Below, piece after piece: positions 13,418 to 26,099 of a stretch of DNA of 64,000 bases. Both the position numbers and the translations under genes were made by a program. Below the pieces are notes generated by a model that saw only the letters and a list, made by a program, of their open reading frames with translations, was not told the DNA's origin and searched no databases. Numbering within the stretch: position 1 is the stretch's first letter; each line of letters begins with the position of its first letter. Source of the stretch: Kudoa neothunni (lineage: Eukaryota > Animalia > Cnidaria); assembly GCA_964304625.1 (NCBI GenBank), contig OZ199838.1:3374440-3438439 (forward strand), in the 5' to 3' direction.

Positions 13418-15138
13418 ATGGTTAAAAATCTGCAAAAAATTATGCAGATTCCAAAAATCCATACGTTGAAGTCAGGGTTGAAATTAATCGCCATGGAGAG
13501 ACCCAGTTCCATTAAAAGTGTTGGAGGTATTTAAATCTACTCTCGGTCATTTTATATTGTTTGTTTGTGCAGGAAATATCTCATTATTATTTCATTAATA
13601 TTTTAGTATTTATCAAGGCAGGATCCCGATACACTCGACATTTTCCACTTGGATTAACTCAAATGGCTAAAAGAACAGCCCTAAAAGGAATTCCATCTCG
13701 TAATGGAGAGTTTGAATTGATGAGTTATGTGGATTCGCTGGGTGGTGAGTTAAATTGTGAATTTCAACGGTAAGCCACCGAATGAGAGACATATCTAATT
13801 CTAATTAATAAATTTTAGAGATTTGGCAATATATTTTGCCAAATTCTATTCCAACGAAACTGAAAATATTATCTCTACATTATCAGACACTGTTTTCAAT
13901 CCTTTGATTACCGATGAAGAGTTTAATCTACAGAAGAAACTCATCACGAGTGATTTAGAGTTGAGAGAATACAACACTGATTTGGACAGCAAATTTTTTG
14001 ACTATATAATGGAATCGTGCTTCAATAACAGCACTTTGGGAATAAGAGAGACACCCACATCCGAATCTCTCAGTCAACTATCCAAAGAATTACTTTACCA
14101 ATATTTTTCACATTATTACACACCGAGTAGAATGGCAATTGCTGGAATTAATATTGCTCCTGAGAGTTTGCTTGAGATGGGTGAAAGATTTTTTTGAATC
14201 TCGTAACAGTTACGGTTGGAAATTGCCAACTCCCGAGCAACTCCAACTCATAGACGATTCAAAAGCTCAATATACTGGTGGTTATTCCTGTGTAAATGAG
14301 ATTTTTATCTAATCAAAAAACCCAGCTGAAATGTACTTTAGCTGCACGACGGGAATCCACGAAAACAACCAGGACATGTAGTTCTCCCTGAATTGGCCTA
14401 TCTTAGCATTGGTTTCGAGGGTGTCAATGAAAAATCTGAAGATATCTATCCGATGGCTGTGTTGTATAGTTTGATTGGGCAAGGAAAATCGTTTTCGGTT
14501 GGTGGGCCTGGAAAAGGAATGTACAACCGAGTCAATCTCAACATATTAAATCAATATTATTGGGTGAATAGTTGTGAAGCGTTTGTTCAGTCTTTTGAGG
14601 ATAGTGGTATTTTTGTTGTATACGGTTCGTGTGATCCTCAACAGGTGATTACGATTACACATTAGATATAATTTTTTGTATGTCCGAATCAACGTGATGT
14701 AATCTCTGTAGATCTCCAACTTTGTGAAAGTCATACTCACAGAGTATTACAAAGTGGTAAACGATCCCATAGATAAAGTTGAATTTGATCGTGCCAAACG
14801 ACAACTGTTATCTCAATTAATAATGAATCTTGAGATGTCGAATATGGCTTTGGAAGACCTCGGAAGGTACACCGAGTTGTGTTAAGTGCATAAATAATTC
14901 TTATATCTATAATAGGCAATCAATTTATGGCGATCGTTACAAAAGTTGGCCTGAACTTTTCGAAAGAGTCAATCAAGTGACTGTGGAAGATGTGAAGCGA
15001 GTGTGTAGTGCAATGATGAAAACCAAACCTGCGATTGCCGCCATGGGTAATCTGTCGAAAATGCCAAAATACGAACACATTCAAGAAGCCGTGTCTAATA
15101 TGAAACCGCTGAACACCGCATCAAAATGGTTTAGTTAG
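13418..15138 (+). CDS. PMPCA: Mitochondrial-processing peptidase alpha subunit (one apparent +1 frameshift at 14189-14195)
   Basis: M16 family motifs HTLKSGLK, VGVFIKAGSRY, HYYTPSRMAIAG, DDSKAQYTGG, the glycine-rich loop SFSVGGPGKGMYNR, FEDSGIF and LLMNLE. The start codon is tentative. Confidence 0.92.
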
Positions 15139-15296
15139 CTGGATAACATTTCTTAATGTTTCTTACAATTGTTCAATGTGGAAATAATCAATTTATTGTG
15201 ATATATGATGCGCCAAGAACAAACTCAGTCGTAGACTTAACAAACATGATTTTTATTTCTTAACAATACAGTTATAACTCATAACATTAATGAGCT

Positions 15297-18200
15297 TCAG
15301 CCATTCACAGCGACACTAGTTTTATCGTTGGAGATACTATAGGCCTTGATCACATAAATATCTTGAAGAGGTCTAAAACACATTTTAGAAATGGCAAAAA
15401 CATGGAATTCAGCGGCAGAATTCTCGACAAAATTAAATATATTTCATTTTTACACTTACTTGCTTGCGTTGTATTTAAATGAATATTTTGTAAAATAAAT
15501 GGGCATATTTACGATGGCATAAAAATTATCTATGAAACTTGGCAACAGAAGTTGTGATTACGAACATTTTAAATATATCCAAATATGCTCAAATCTCAAA
15601 TAGTCATGTAAATTAGCCAATGTTATTAAGTTTTTAAAAATTTAACCTTGTGTGTCTAATATAATTTTTAATTTATTTTATTGACTCTTGAGCGCATAAA
15701 TATAATCAGAATTAAATAAATAAATAAAACACACAATCGAAAATGAGTTTCATTAGACGCCAAAAAATAAGAGTTAATGGATTAAAAATAATATTAATTC
15801 TTTACGAGCCAATCAACAACGGCCTATAAGTTTCAACTAGATTAAATTTACAAAAAATTGTTATTTTCATATTTTAATTTGTATCGAAAGCGGAATAAAA
15901 AAACAAAAACTGAGCATTAGGCGTTGAATATTTGTCGTGAGAATAGCCGCTATTAAGAATAGAAACCCACTCACCTGTCCTGATCGTCGGTAACGATCAT
16001 GTTCATTTTAGCTAGATTCTTGATTCCTTTTGAAACTCTGCCAAATATAGAATTTTTTCCTAGATACATAAGATATTATAATAATAATAATTTAAAAGAT
16101 ACAGTCAGACCAGGATATTGCGTGATTTGATAATTTCTGTAGGATAAGAATAAAATAAAAAATTTTACGACGACTATAAGATTTAATAATAGTTAAAGAT
16201 TTTAAATTATTTAAAGTTGTCATAAAGTTAAAAATATCGTTATTAGATTAGCTAGGATAGTTGTCTCATTGCACAAAAATTTGAAGTGGCTTTTGCAACG
16301 AATGATAATGTTTTGGTAGGTGTAGTTTTGACTGAAATAAATTATTGTTGGCTCGTAGGAGAGACAATGTGGGGAATTGTAACATGTGGGTTATAAGGGT
16401 TGTAATCCACCAACCACATATTCGCGATCGAGAGCATGGCGGTAAGGCACCCGCGCCTTTTAATGCTAATAACGAAGGTTCGAATCCCAGTTATGACCCT
16501 GTGTTACAGTTCAAATACTTTATACATCAACTATAAGTGGGAATGGCTGCTATTAAGCAAGTGTAAATGTTATTTTGGATTAGAAATATCCGTTGCAATA
16601 GCCATAGCCTACAAATTTCGTCTAATTTAAATTTTTCTTTTTTTAAGTAATTGGAAATAAAATATATAAAATGGCAACAAGTCTGGGAAATTTGGCCAAA
16701 AATTTGAAATATTTGAATACTATAATCCAGTTAAATCATTTAAAAGAGCAAAAACAACGATTGTCAAATATTTTAAACCAATTAAATTCCAGTAGTATCA
16801 GATTATTATATCTTCTAAAATATGTATTCGGTACATGACACACTCGTTTAAACCTTGTCTTCGAAGAAAGATATTACCATTGTGGTTACTTAAAATTCAA
16901 AAATTTTTTAAAGGATGGTAACTTAATGTACATGGATAATTTTTCCTACCATTAGGTTTAGGTGGAAAAAAACACGTAATCTTAAAAAAATTGTACCTGC
17001 TGACAAACAGAATAAGCGTAAGCTATAAGCAGTTTTATTAGCAATTAAAGCATTTTGAAGAAATAATTGTTAGTAGCTTGGATTTAAAAGCATATATGAG
17101 CTATAATACAAGAAGCAAGCTATTTTAATAATCAATTCGTACTAGCTTTCTTAGCGAAATGAAGAAAATTAGCCGGATACGCGAAGAATAATAAAATTAA
17201 TAGACACTATAAGCGTTCTTCAACCCATCATTTTAAGTATAATACATAGTTTAAATGTATAAAAATAATTCGACAAACATATTAATTGAAAATATTAATA
17301 AAATTCCACAATCATATACCGTCATAGTTGTTAAAAACTGGATGGAAAATGTTTCATCAGGAAGTATTCGAAACTGTATGAAAAAATACAGAATTTTTAA
17401 ACCCCGTAATATAATTTATAATTTATGATTAATACAATAAATATAATATTTAATCTGATTCACATTAAAAATCATTAAATGAAAAAAAAGTAGCTCAACA
17501 AATAATTTATGACAATAATAGACATAAAATGATGTATGATATAATTAATGATTATTTGTTCTGTATTTGAAGTTCAATGAAAATAATTTGTTGACGGTGA
17601 ATCAAGGGTACATGAAGATTCGCTAATTCTATCAGCAGTATCAAAAATGAAGATGATAAAATAAAAATTTGGAAGATACTGGTAAAACTAATGATTTCGT
17701 TAAAATTTTAGATATAAATCAATCCATAAATTTATACGAAAAAAAAATTCATGCTTTAAACTAAAAAATGACATTTTTCTACACATCCTGTGATGGATTT
17801 TCTCTTTTAGATAATTAAAACCCGCCCATAATCAAACATAAGTTTTGTAACAAACAAATTTTCATTAGCCAAAAAATTCGCGTGGAAATTTTTTCACGTA
17901 GCGTTCGCAATGACTCAATAACAATATACTAAGCAATATATTAAACAATATCTCGAGGTTTGACTGTAATTTAATTTATTTTAAATTAATCAATCACTAA
18001 AAACAACCGTATAGTATAACTTACCGTCAAGTTGTGGCGTTGGAGCCAGAGTTATAAAAAATTGACTATTATTAGTATTTGGTCCACTTCAAAAAATTCA
18101 CGTTAGAAAATAAACGTACTCAAGATTACATGTGTTACATATTGGCCATAGATATGATTCCAGCACCAGTGTGTTTCAAACTTGAGTTGATTTCATCTTG

Positions 18201-18588
18201 AAAACGTGGACTATAACAGCATAATGTTTATCTCAATCACAGTAAAAGCTTCAATCAAAATTCTACCCGTAAATAGATGTACCTCCTTTTCCTGTTCCTG
18301 TGGGGTCACCCGATTGTATAATAAAATTCTACAATTGATAAATTACATAATATTAACGACAATAAAACTACTGGTATGATTCTATGTATTTTGCAGTTGT
18401 TATAATAACCACGATCAGCCAATGTTGTGAAATTTTTGCAGCATCTAGGGGCGTGTTGCCAGTATAATTCTATTTCGAGTGGACCCTAATTGATGAGTGT
18501 CATAAATAATTAATTTTAAGATCGTATTTGCATTATCGGAAATATTTACCAATGAAGTCTCAAGGCGCACGTTTCTACAATCTGCCAT
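15297..18588 (-). CDS. PPIL1: Peptidyl-prolyl cis-trans isomerase-like 1 (spliceosomal cyclophilin)
   Basis: Spliced translation MADCRNVRLETSL/GPLEIELYWQHAPRCCKNFTTLADRGYYNNCKIHRIIP/NFIIQSGDPTGTGKGGTSIYG...KHTGAGIISMAN...SQFFITLAPTPQLD/GKNSIFGRV...DQDR/PLQDIYVIKAY. It is missed by the ORF track. Confidence 0.93.
16102..17966 (+). mobile_element. Decayed pogo/Tigger-like element inside a PPIL1 intron
   Basis: TA-CAGTCAGACCAGGATATTG ... CAATATCTCGAGGTTTGACTG-TA inverted ends, with weak DDE_1-like remnants near 17150-17390. Confidence 0.75.
16378..16508 (+). other. 131-bp TG...CA element enclosing a tRNA-like sequence
   Basis: Inverted ends TGTAACATGTGGGTTATAA / TTATGACCCTGTGTTACA and a perfect B box GGTTCGAATCCC at 16477-16488. 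No complete cloverleaf. Confidence 0.5.
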
Positions 18589-18632
18589 CTTATGTAATGC
18601 GTACGCATTTGGGGATTACTTTCGAAGTCTCT
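18589..18632. promoter_or_regulatory. 44-bp bidirectional promoter between PPIL1 and the RMND5-like gene
   Basis: Head-to-head ATGs with a perfect 14-bp palindrome AATGCGTACGCATT at 18596-18609. Confidence 0.6.
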
Positions 18633-21600
18633 ATGAACATTTCTGCCTCTAAAATTTCCAAATACAAATCAAACAATACTGCCAAATATTCACAACAAAG
18701 ATTAGATCATGTTCTTGGTGAATTCACCACAAATTACCATGAACATAGAAGGCAGTCTGCGAAAAATCATCGCCAACAATTAAATTCATTGAAACAACTT
18801 GTTTCCATGTTGGAATGTGGTAACGAGTGTAATCGTAAATATATTGCTGAGTTCATAATAGAGAAAGAGAATGAAGATGAAGAATTAAACGATGCACGAA
18901 TTGGTTCGATCAAATCGGCCCTCGAACAGTCTTCTCTAACAGTGACACAAACACTACAACTTCATAATGAACATTTAAATTTACTTTCCAAAGTTGGTTA
19001 TGTGATAAATAAAGTATACCTCTAGCAAATAATGATGTATTAAAAAAATAAAATATTTGATAGGAATACAAGAAAAATTTCGATATAGTGGTTAGCAGTG
19101 CTTGCACTGTGAGCAACCATACCAATCTTAATAAATTGATATATTTCCATTTTTTGTTTTATGACGATTTTGACTTGGCTGAAATATTTAAGGAAGTAAT
19201 CACAATTTGATTTTCGTAACAACTACGTTAAAATTAAATATAAGAATTTTATTATTTTTATTGTGGCTTTTGAGCTCATTCCAATCTAGGAAAGCCAGCT
19301 TGATTTATCAACAACAGTGGCAAACACTGGAATTAGCATGGATGAAATAGTATACCAACTAAAGGAACTATTTAAAAATGCTGAAAATGAAGATTTCAGT
19401 TTGGGCTGCACAGTATGCTGAAATGCATTGCAATATAATGCAGTGTGTGTTTGGTTGATTTAACAAATCCGTAGGTTGGACAATAGTAAGACCCCTATGG
19501 CCGGAAATCTTATCAAAAAACGGATGGTCATCAAATCGTTGATTGATGGAAAAATCCCCCAGGCTATTGCAATGTTACGACAATTGGCTATAATTTTAAG
19601 TAATCCTAATCAATCGTCTGTTAGTTCTATGATGAGATGCTCAAATAGAAAATGATGATAAAATCAAGAAAATCACTTCACTCATTCCACTATCTAGAGA
19701 CGAAATGTTAGCGTCTCCAGGCTCAAGGATTGTTTCCTCCGAGGGACTTGCTAAAATAAAATTTTCTCTAGCTAGCAGCTTCCTAGCTCATCATATAAAC
19801 AAAAAATGGGATGTCATTCATGAATGGTATGTTTGTGAATAATTGCTTAAATTATTTTTAATTATAATTATTGTTTACTACTGTTGATGGGTATAGTAAT
19901 TTGTTATTTTAAAAAAAATAACAATAATGACACGAATAAAGACGGAATGTCTACCCACATACTTTTTAGGACATTTCGTTCGTTATAAATATAACTGATA
20001 AGATTGAAGATAATGATAATTAATTTACCACAATAATGCTCAAATTGGTGGGTTATAATTAAAAAAAATGAAATGCGCTTGTGCAGTAGAAATTTTTAAT
20101 CTCAGCAAATCTAATTTCCGAGCTTTTGTAGATTTAATTTTTTTAATCTGCTATATTTAATTGTTTCTAACACTTAAGAACAGAGCGGTGAGTCAGAAAT
20201 AATTAAATCAACTCAAAACTATGACCTCTGAATGTTATTTACAATACAATTGACCTGTTTCATTAAAAAAATTAATTAATCACTAAATTTTGATGGAATA
20301 AATATATAATAGTTAATACATTTGTTAATTAACACGAATTTCGCTCTAAATAGATTAATATGTATTTTAAAACTTTTCTTTTAGAACTCAATTTAGTCAT
20401 TTATTTCGATTTGAACCCTTTTTTGAATTTGTGATTTATTTGTATAATCATAAGGATAATCGTAAGATACAAATAATAATTTAATTAGAATTTTTTTTAT
20501 CAAGTAAATAAAATTTTGGATAAATTATTAATTGGCTACCTCATCGGGTCAATTAGTATCTTTTTAATTATAACTACATTTTCTATTAACTTTTTTATCA
20601 TATTTAAAATATATTATTCTAGTATGACTGCTTAATACATGTAGAGACGATTTTAATTCAATTTATTTTTTTTAAGAAAAACGGATCAAAATTTTCTTGG
20701 TTTTCGATTGGGTTTTAAATAAATATAAAAGATAGTTGATTTAGGTTTTTCCTAAATGAATCGTCAGAATTCAAACTTTCGAAAAGTCGTATTTTAACGT
20801 TTTAACCCGCTCGTGCCCAAATTTTTATTTCGAGTCTACAAAATTACATTTAATTGTATTATTTTTTTATCTTACCTGTAAAAATTTTAAATTTTAATAA
20901 AATATTTAAACGAAACTTTTTTACATTTTCCATCATGGGCACTAGAGTACCCCTTGGGCATCTGCGCAAAAAAAAATTTCAACGATAATCGTGACTCAAA
21001 ATAAGTTGTTACGCAGTTATATGGTTTTATTTATTATGAAAAGAATAGAAACAATTACTTTCTTTTACATAATCGACATCTGCTTTTTTGTCCACCATTT
21101 CGGGGTAATGACCGACATTTTCAGATATAATCGATTCAGATAAGTTGTTAATTCTATTCTGAGTAGAATAACTAACCGACTCTGTATTCGTTGATGTGTC
21201 ATGGGAAGGACACCCGTGCTTTGTTGCTACATTTGATTTTTTATAGTGAATTAAATTTTCACTGATTCAATGTGTAAAAGACAATAGATCCATTAATTCA
21301 TTATTGGGAATTTTTCTGATTTTGGAATTACGGCGATATAACAACCATGCATTAGTTATGGTTGTATTCAACCCCAAAAGAATATCTTCATATAAAATTT
21401 ACGGCACTTCTGGTTTAGTTTATATAACGCCGTCAACATATCTGATAGGTCTACACCACCCATATTTATGCTGTACTCCGATACAACATTAGGGCATTTA
21501 ATGGTGATCATTCTTTTTGTACGCCTATCAAATCTCTTTATTGTCCCATCCGGCTCTGAAGAAGAATTTGTCGAAGAAAATGGAACTACACAGCTATCAC

Positions 21601-24072
21601 ATCATTGGGTTACCATTATTCCGTTTGTTTTATCCTGGAAACTTCCGTGTGAGCTACGACCTTTTTTGCCAATTTGATTTGAAGGTGTTAATGGAAAATT
21701 TTTAATTCGATTCCTTCTTATGATTACGACAGAGTTGATATTGCGCTCTTTTAAAATTTGTTGCAAGGGAATAGAGGAGAAAAAATTATCAAAGCACGCG
21801 AAAAATGTTTTATGACTTGGAAGAGTCTCGCACAATTTGATAACAAAATCACCAGAAACCTGACCACATGAATTATCAACTTCTGGGCTTTTCCATCATA
21901 CATCGTACTAGAGGAAATCATACACCATATCACTAGTTCCGCATCTTGCAAATACTTTAAACCCCCATTTAGTTGATTTCTTAGGAAGGTATTACTTAGC
22001 TTTACATTTCCTTTTGAAAAGTATCATTTGCTCATCAACTTAGTGATAGACTTCGGATTTTAGCGAATCGATCATAATTGGGTGATACTTGATCATTTGT
22101 TATACTCTCATTATGGATAAAATGAAGCAATCTTGAGATTTTATCGAAACGATTTTTTGAAAAGACGTTCGAAACATGGGGGTAATCAAATGATCTGCTT
22201 CAATAGCAGTGGTAACGCGGAATTCTTACAATTCCCATCAAGATAATTACGCCAAGAAACTTTTGAATTTCAACCATATCTGTTAGGAAATTTATACCAC
22301 GTGGAATTGCATATACATTAGTTTCGTTTGCAATCATTTTGATCAATGCTTCGCTAAAAATGAATTTGAAATAATCGATTGGAGAGAACAACTCCTCCAC
22401 ATCTTCAAATTCATCTACCATAACGATATCGCACGGAACAGAGGGTCAGGGTCCTTCACGTGTACATTTAATGTTTGCGTTATCACTATCACACTCAAAA
22501 TCATCTGATGATGAAACACAAAAATCAACATCGTTTAAATTTGTTGAACACCTAACCTCATCATCAGAAACCGTATCAGGATCTGATAAATCAGAAACTG
22601 GAAGAACGATTACTTCGGTTAGAGTGTGGCCATCATTCAGCTGGGCAACGTTTAAGTCGTGATCCATTTTGGTTTAAAAAATCAGCACACCTGCCCAAAG
22701 GTCATCCTGGGGAACACGTATATTTTTGTATGTGTTTATTCGATGCGTTTTGAAATTTTTATTTAAGGGTTGAAAAATAAATATTTACGCTGTTATATAA
22801 ATTTAATTATTTTAATGTTTCGATTTCTCTAACAATGATAGTGTGATAAGTTAACAAATAATACGACTTTGCCAATCAATAATTTAGAAAAGTAAACTGT
22901 AATATAAATTATAATGCTATTTCAAGAAATTATGTTTTATCATATTTTAAGGTAGAAGAAATCCTAAAATTTTAGAAAACACAATAAACCGTTGTAAACT
23001 CTCTATAATTAAGATGTCATGAACATAATAATAAATTGTTCCCTAAGATGACCTTTGGGCACGAAAGGTTTAATAAATAGGACGGATGAGATTTATCATT
23101 AGGCCCAAATAACTAGATTTTTCTGTAGTCATCTATTTTTGTAATGATTATAAGGTAATTATAAAATGATATGAAGTTACTCTCATTCATACTTTTTTGA
23201 AGCATATATTTTTCTATGGCGGTGATATTTTAGTAGGATTTTTATCAGCCAACTTATCATAGTATCAGCTAATATGTAATAACCATATTTTTATGGCAAT
23301 GTGATATTCATCAGCTTAAATTTAAGCATAAAAATTATATGTGTAGAAATTCTCTGATGAGTTAACATGACTAACGTTTCAACAGTAAAATTAACTTTTT
23401 CTTGAGAAAATTATTAAATTACTAGTTTATATTACTTTATTAATTATTACTTTATAGTGTTTTGTTGGCTACGCAAACGATCAATCAAATTTATGCAGGA
23501 GCTAAATCTTGCAGAAAATCCTCAAATAAAACCTACATCTTACCGTATCTTCAAAGATCTAGTCTTGTGGTATGTCTTTTTTAGTGAAATTTTATAGTCT
23601 TATTTAATGGTGATGTTAATGCATCAGTTAATTTATGTTTAATGTGTCTATGTGATCCTCGCCAAAGCTCTCTTTAACATAGTGATAATGCTATGAAATA
23701 TAGTTTCCAATCGATATTATTGTGATCGTTTCTACAATCACAGCATTTTCATATGTCCCATAAACAAAAGTCAAACCAGAACGAACGATCCTCCTTCTGT
23801 GCTTCCATGTGGTCACGTTGTAGCATCGTCCAACGCCAAATCCTATACACTCGCAGCGGAGTATGCTCTTCTTCTTTGCAATACCACGTTGTGATGTTTT
23901 ATGGTTTATAGCAATAGATGTCCTGTATGTAACCAACACTTTGAAGCTAAAAGCGTTGTCACTTTCGTTGATGTTGAAACTTGGAGATTTAAATGGTGTG
24001 CAATTATTTTGTTTTAAGTAATAAATTTATCATTGTAGGGATGAAGATGATACGACTAGTATTGCTTTATAG
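18633..24072 (+). CDS. RMND5/Gid2-like CTLH E3 ligase subunit (LisH-CTLH-RING), with possible 1-nt indels
   Basis: LisH-like LNKLIYFHFLFYDDFDLAEIFKE and a C-terminal HSIFICPINKSQTRTNDPPSVLPCGHVV...RCPVC matching the RMND5 degenerate RING. There is a 3.6-kb intron at about 19827-23456. Confidence 0.8.
20802..23073 (-). mobile_element. Decayed piggyBac transposon inside the RMND5-like intron
   Basis: TTAA-CCCGCTCGTGCCCAA ... TTGGGCACGAAAGGT-TTAA ends. Transposase pieces include SPIDYFKFIF, EIQKFLGVIILMGIV and CFDNFFSSIPL. Subterminal inverted repeats at about 22692 and 23037. Confidence 0.9.
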
Positions 24073-24824
24073 ATATTTCTATTTTTATTAGCAGTTTTGT
24101 TAATTATTCCACGAATATCGAAATTGTTGGATTTTCCCCCTTGAAATTACGATTTATTTGTTCGTTATTACATTAGAGCACGCGCAAAAGGAATAATAAA
24201 ATCAAGTTTCACAGCAAAATAACATTATTATTTGAAATTATTATAATTTTTAGTCGGATTTTTAGATATTTATCCCACATAAAATTTAGAATAGTATTAT
24301 CGTAGTTTTGTAGTATTAATTTGATATTTTCTTTTTAGAAGAGTATTTACTGGAATTGTATGCGTTTCGTTGATCAAAATTTTTTAAGTTGCATTTAACA
24401 GACGCTGCTTGTTGAATAATATATAGTTACCAAGTACTTTTTAATTATATCGCTAATAACAACCCGATTTAATATCAAAACTTAACAACGTGAGTATGGA
24501 CTCACTTTTCTCGAAAAAAAGATATTTGGCAATATAGAGAAAATAAGATGTCCTTTGCAAGCACGTTTTTCACATCTACTATATTAATTGAAGTTAGATT
24601 GGTGCTCATTCACGTAAAAAACAGTGGCTAATATTTACAAATCGACAGCAGATAGTCCCTTAATCTTCATGCGGCCGCCGTGATTAAAACACACATACGA
24701 TTAATTCGATAATTCATGCTGTTGACATTTCTTAATAGATTTAGTTAGACATATCCCAGTAGAATACATTTAATTATAAGTGTTTATGAAAATTAAAAAA
24801 ATTACAGAAGTAAATTTAAAAAAT

Positions 24825-25203
24825 GATTCGTGGCGCGGGATTTGTTGTATCCTCGAGTGCACGCGGCAGAAAGAAACAAATGAAGAAGACTGGAAAAAAG
24901 GGAATGCTAATTATACCAAAAAATAACGTTATATGTGGTGAGGGGTGCCAAAAAATGATTCGATGCTGAGCCAAAGTAACGCATCTGTGCGGCGGATCGT
25001 ACACCCGATTGCCGAACATGTGTACATTCATCTCTGGATATTCCTGTGAGAATTTTACCCATGTTTAAGTCGTACCATTTTGTGGCTAAACGCATTACTC
25101 ACTTATTGGTAATCGGAGTAAGTCCGCCTGATAATTCCGGTTCCCTTTAAATCGTTTACAGTTTTTTGGCGGATATCGTAAGGTTGGTCACGATACCCCA
25201 ACA
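24825..25203 (+). other. Structured GC-rich non-coding island D
   Basis: Hairpins 24829-24863, CGGCGGATCG/CGATTGCCG, TTACTC/GAGTAA, TCCGCC/GGCGGA and TATCGT/ACGATA. Confidence 0.55.
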
Positions 25204-26099
25204 ATTTGCATCTTAAAAAATGACTAAAAGCATTTTCACATGATATGATTGGTATGATTAGGCGATATGTGAAAACAAATAGATCATTTCGTTAAAGTTA
25301 TAAAAAGTTAATTTTAAATTTATCCTAGTACCACTTTTACCTTAAATGATTGAAAAGTAATTTAATAATTGAATTAGTTAAAATAAGGAAGGTTATATTA
25401 GGTTATGTAGCCAAGCATTAATATTAAATTCATTTATTGATGTTTAACAAGATTAGTCTTTTTCATATGGTATGATATAGAGATCACTGTGAACATCATG
25501 GAGAAAATCGATTTTTTAGGAGCTCTAAGGAGGAAGTTTTAAACGTTCAATAGTGTTTATTCGTTTTTAAAAATATTAAATAAGGTTCACACGTCCAATT
25601 AATTAAATAAATCATCAGTTAATTGGATAATCTTTGTATTATTTATCTAAATACTCTTAGTTTACTTTGAACTTCAAATGACCTTGGCCTGCCTACTCAA
25701 GGCTTTAGTCTATTTGGTCGGGCAGGGAAGCCCATGCGAAGGGGGACTTTTGCGTTAGTCATTAAATAAGTATACTACTAATTTTATATATCAACGTATT
25801 TTTTAAACGAATATATCCAATTAGTTAATTATTATAAATGAATCCCTTTTTTCATACGTAAGTCGAGTGATTTTCACAATGTTAGAAATTTACTAATACA
25901 ATATTCATATATGATTTAGAAAAGTAGTTAATAAATTAATAATTTGAAAAAATCGTTTCATTCATACGAAATAAAAAAATACGCGCGTTACGTAAAGTTC
26001 AAAAAATAAAATAACGACCGTGTATGATATTTTAGAATAGTTAATGATAGTTTCTCAAGATGTATATATGCTAGTAATGACCTTTAGCAGTTTGGAAAA

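Noticed and set aside
23354-23390. CTGATGAG hammerhead-like core
   Set aside because: No GAAA after stem II.
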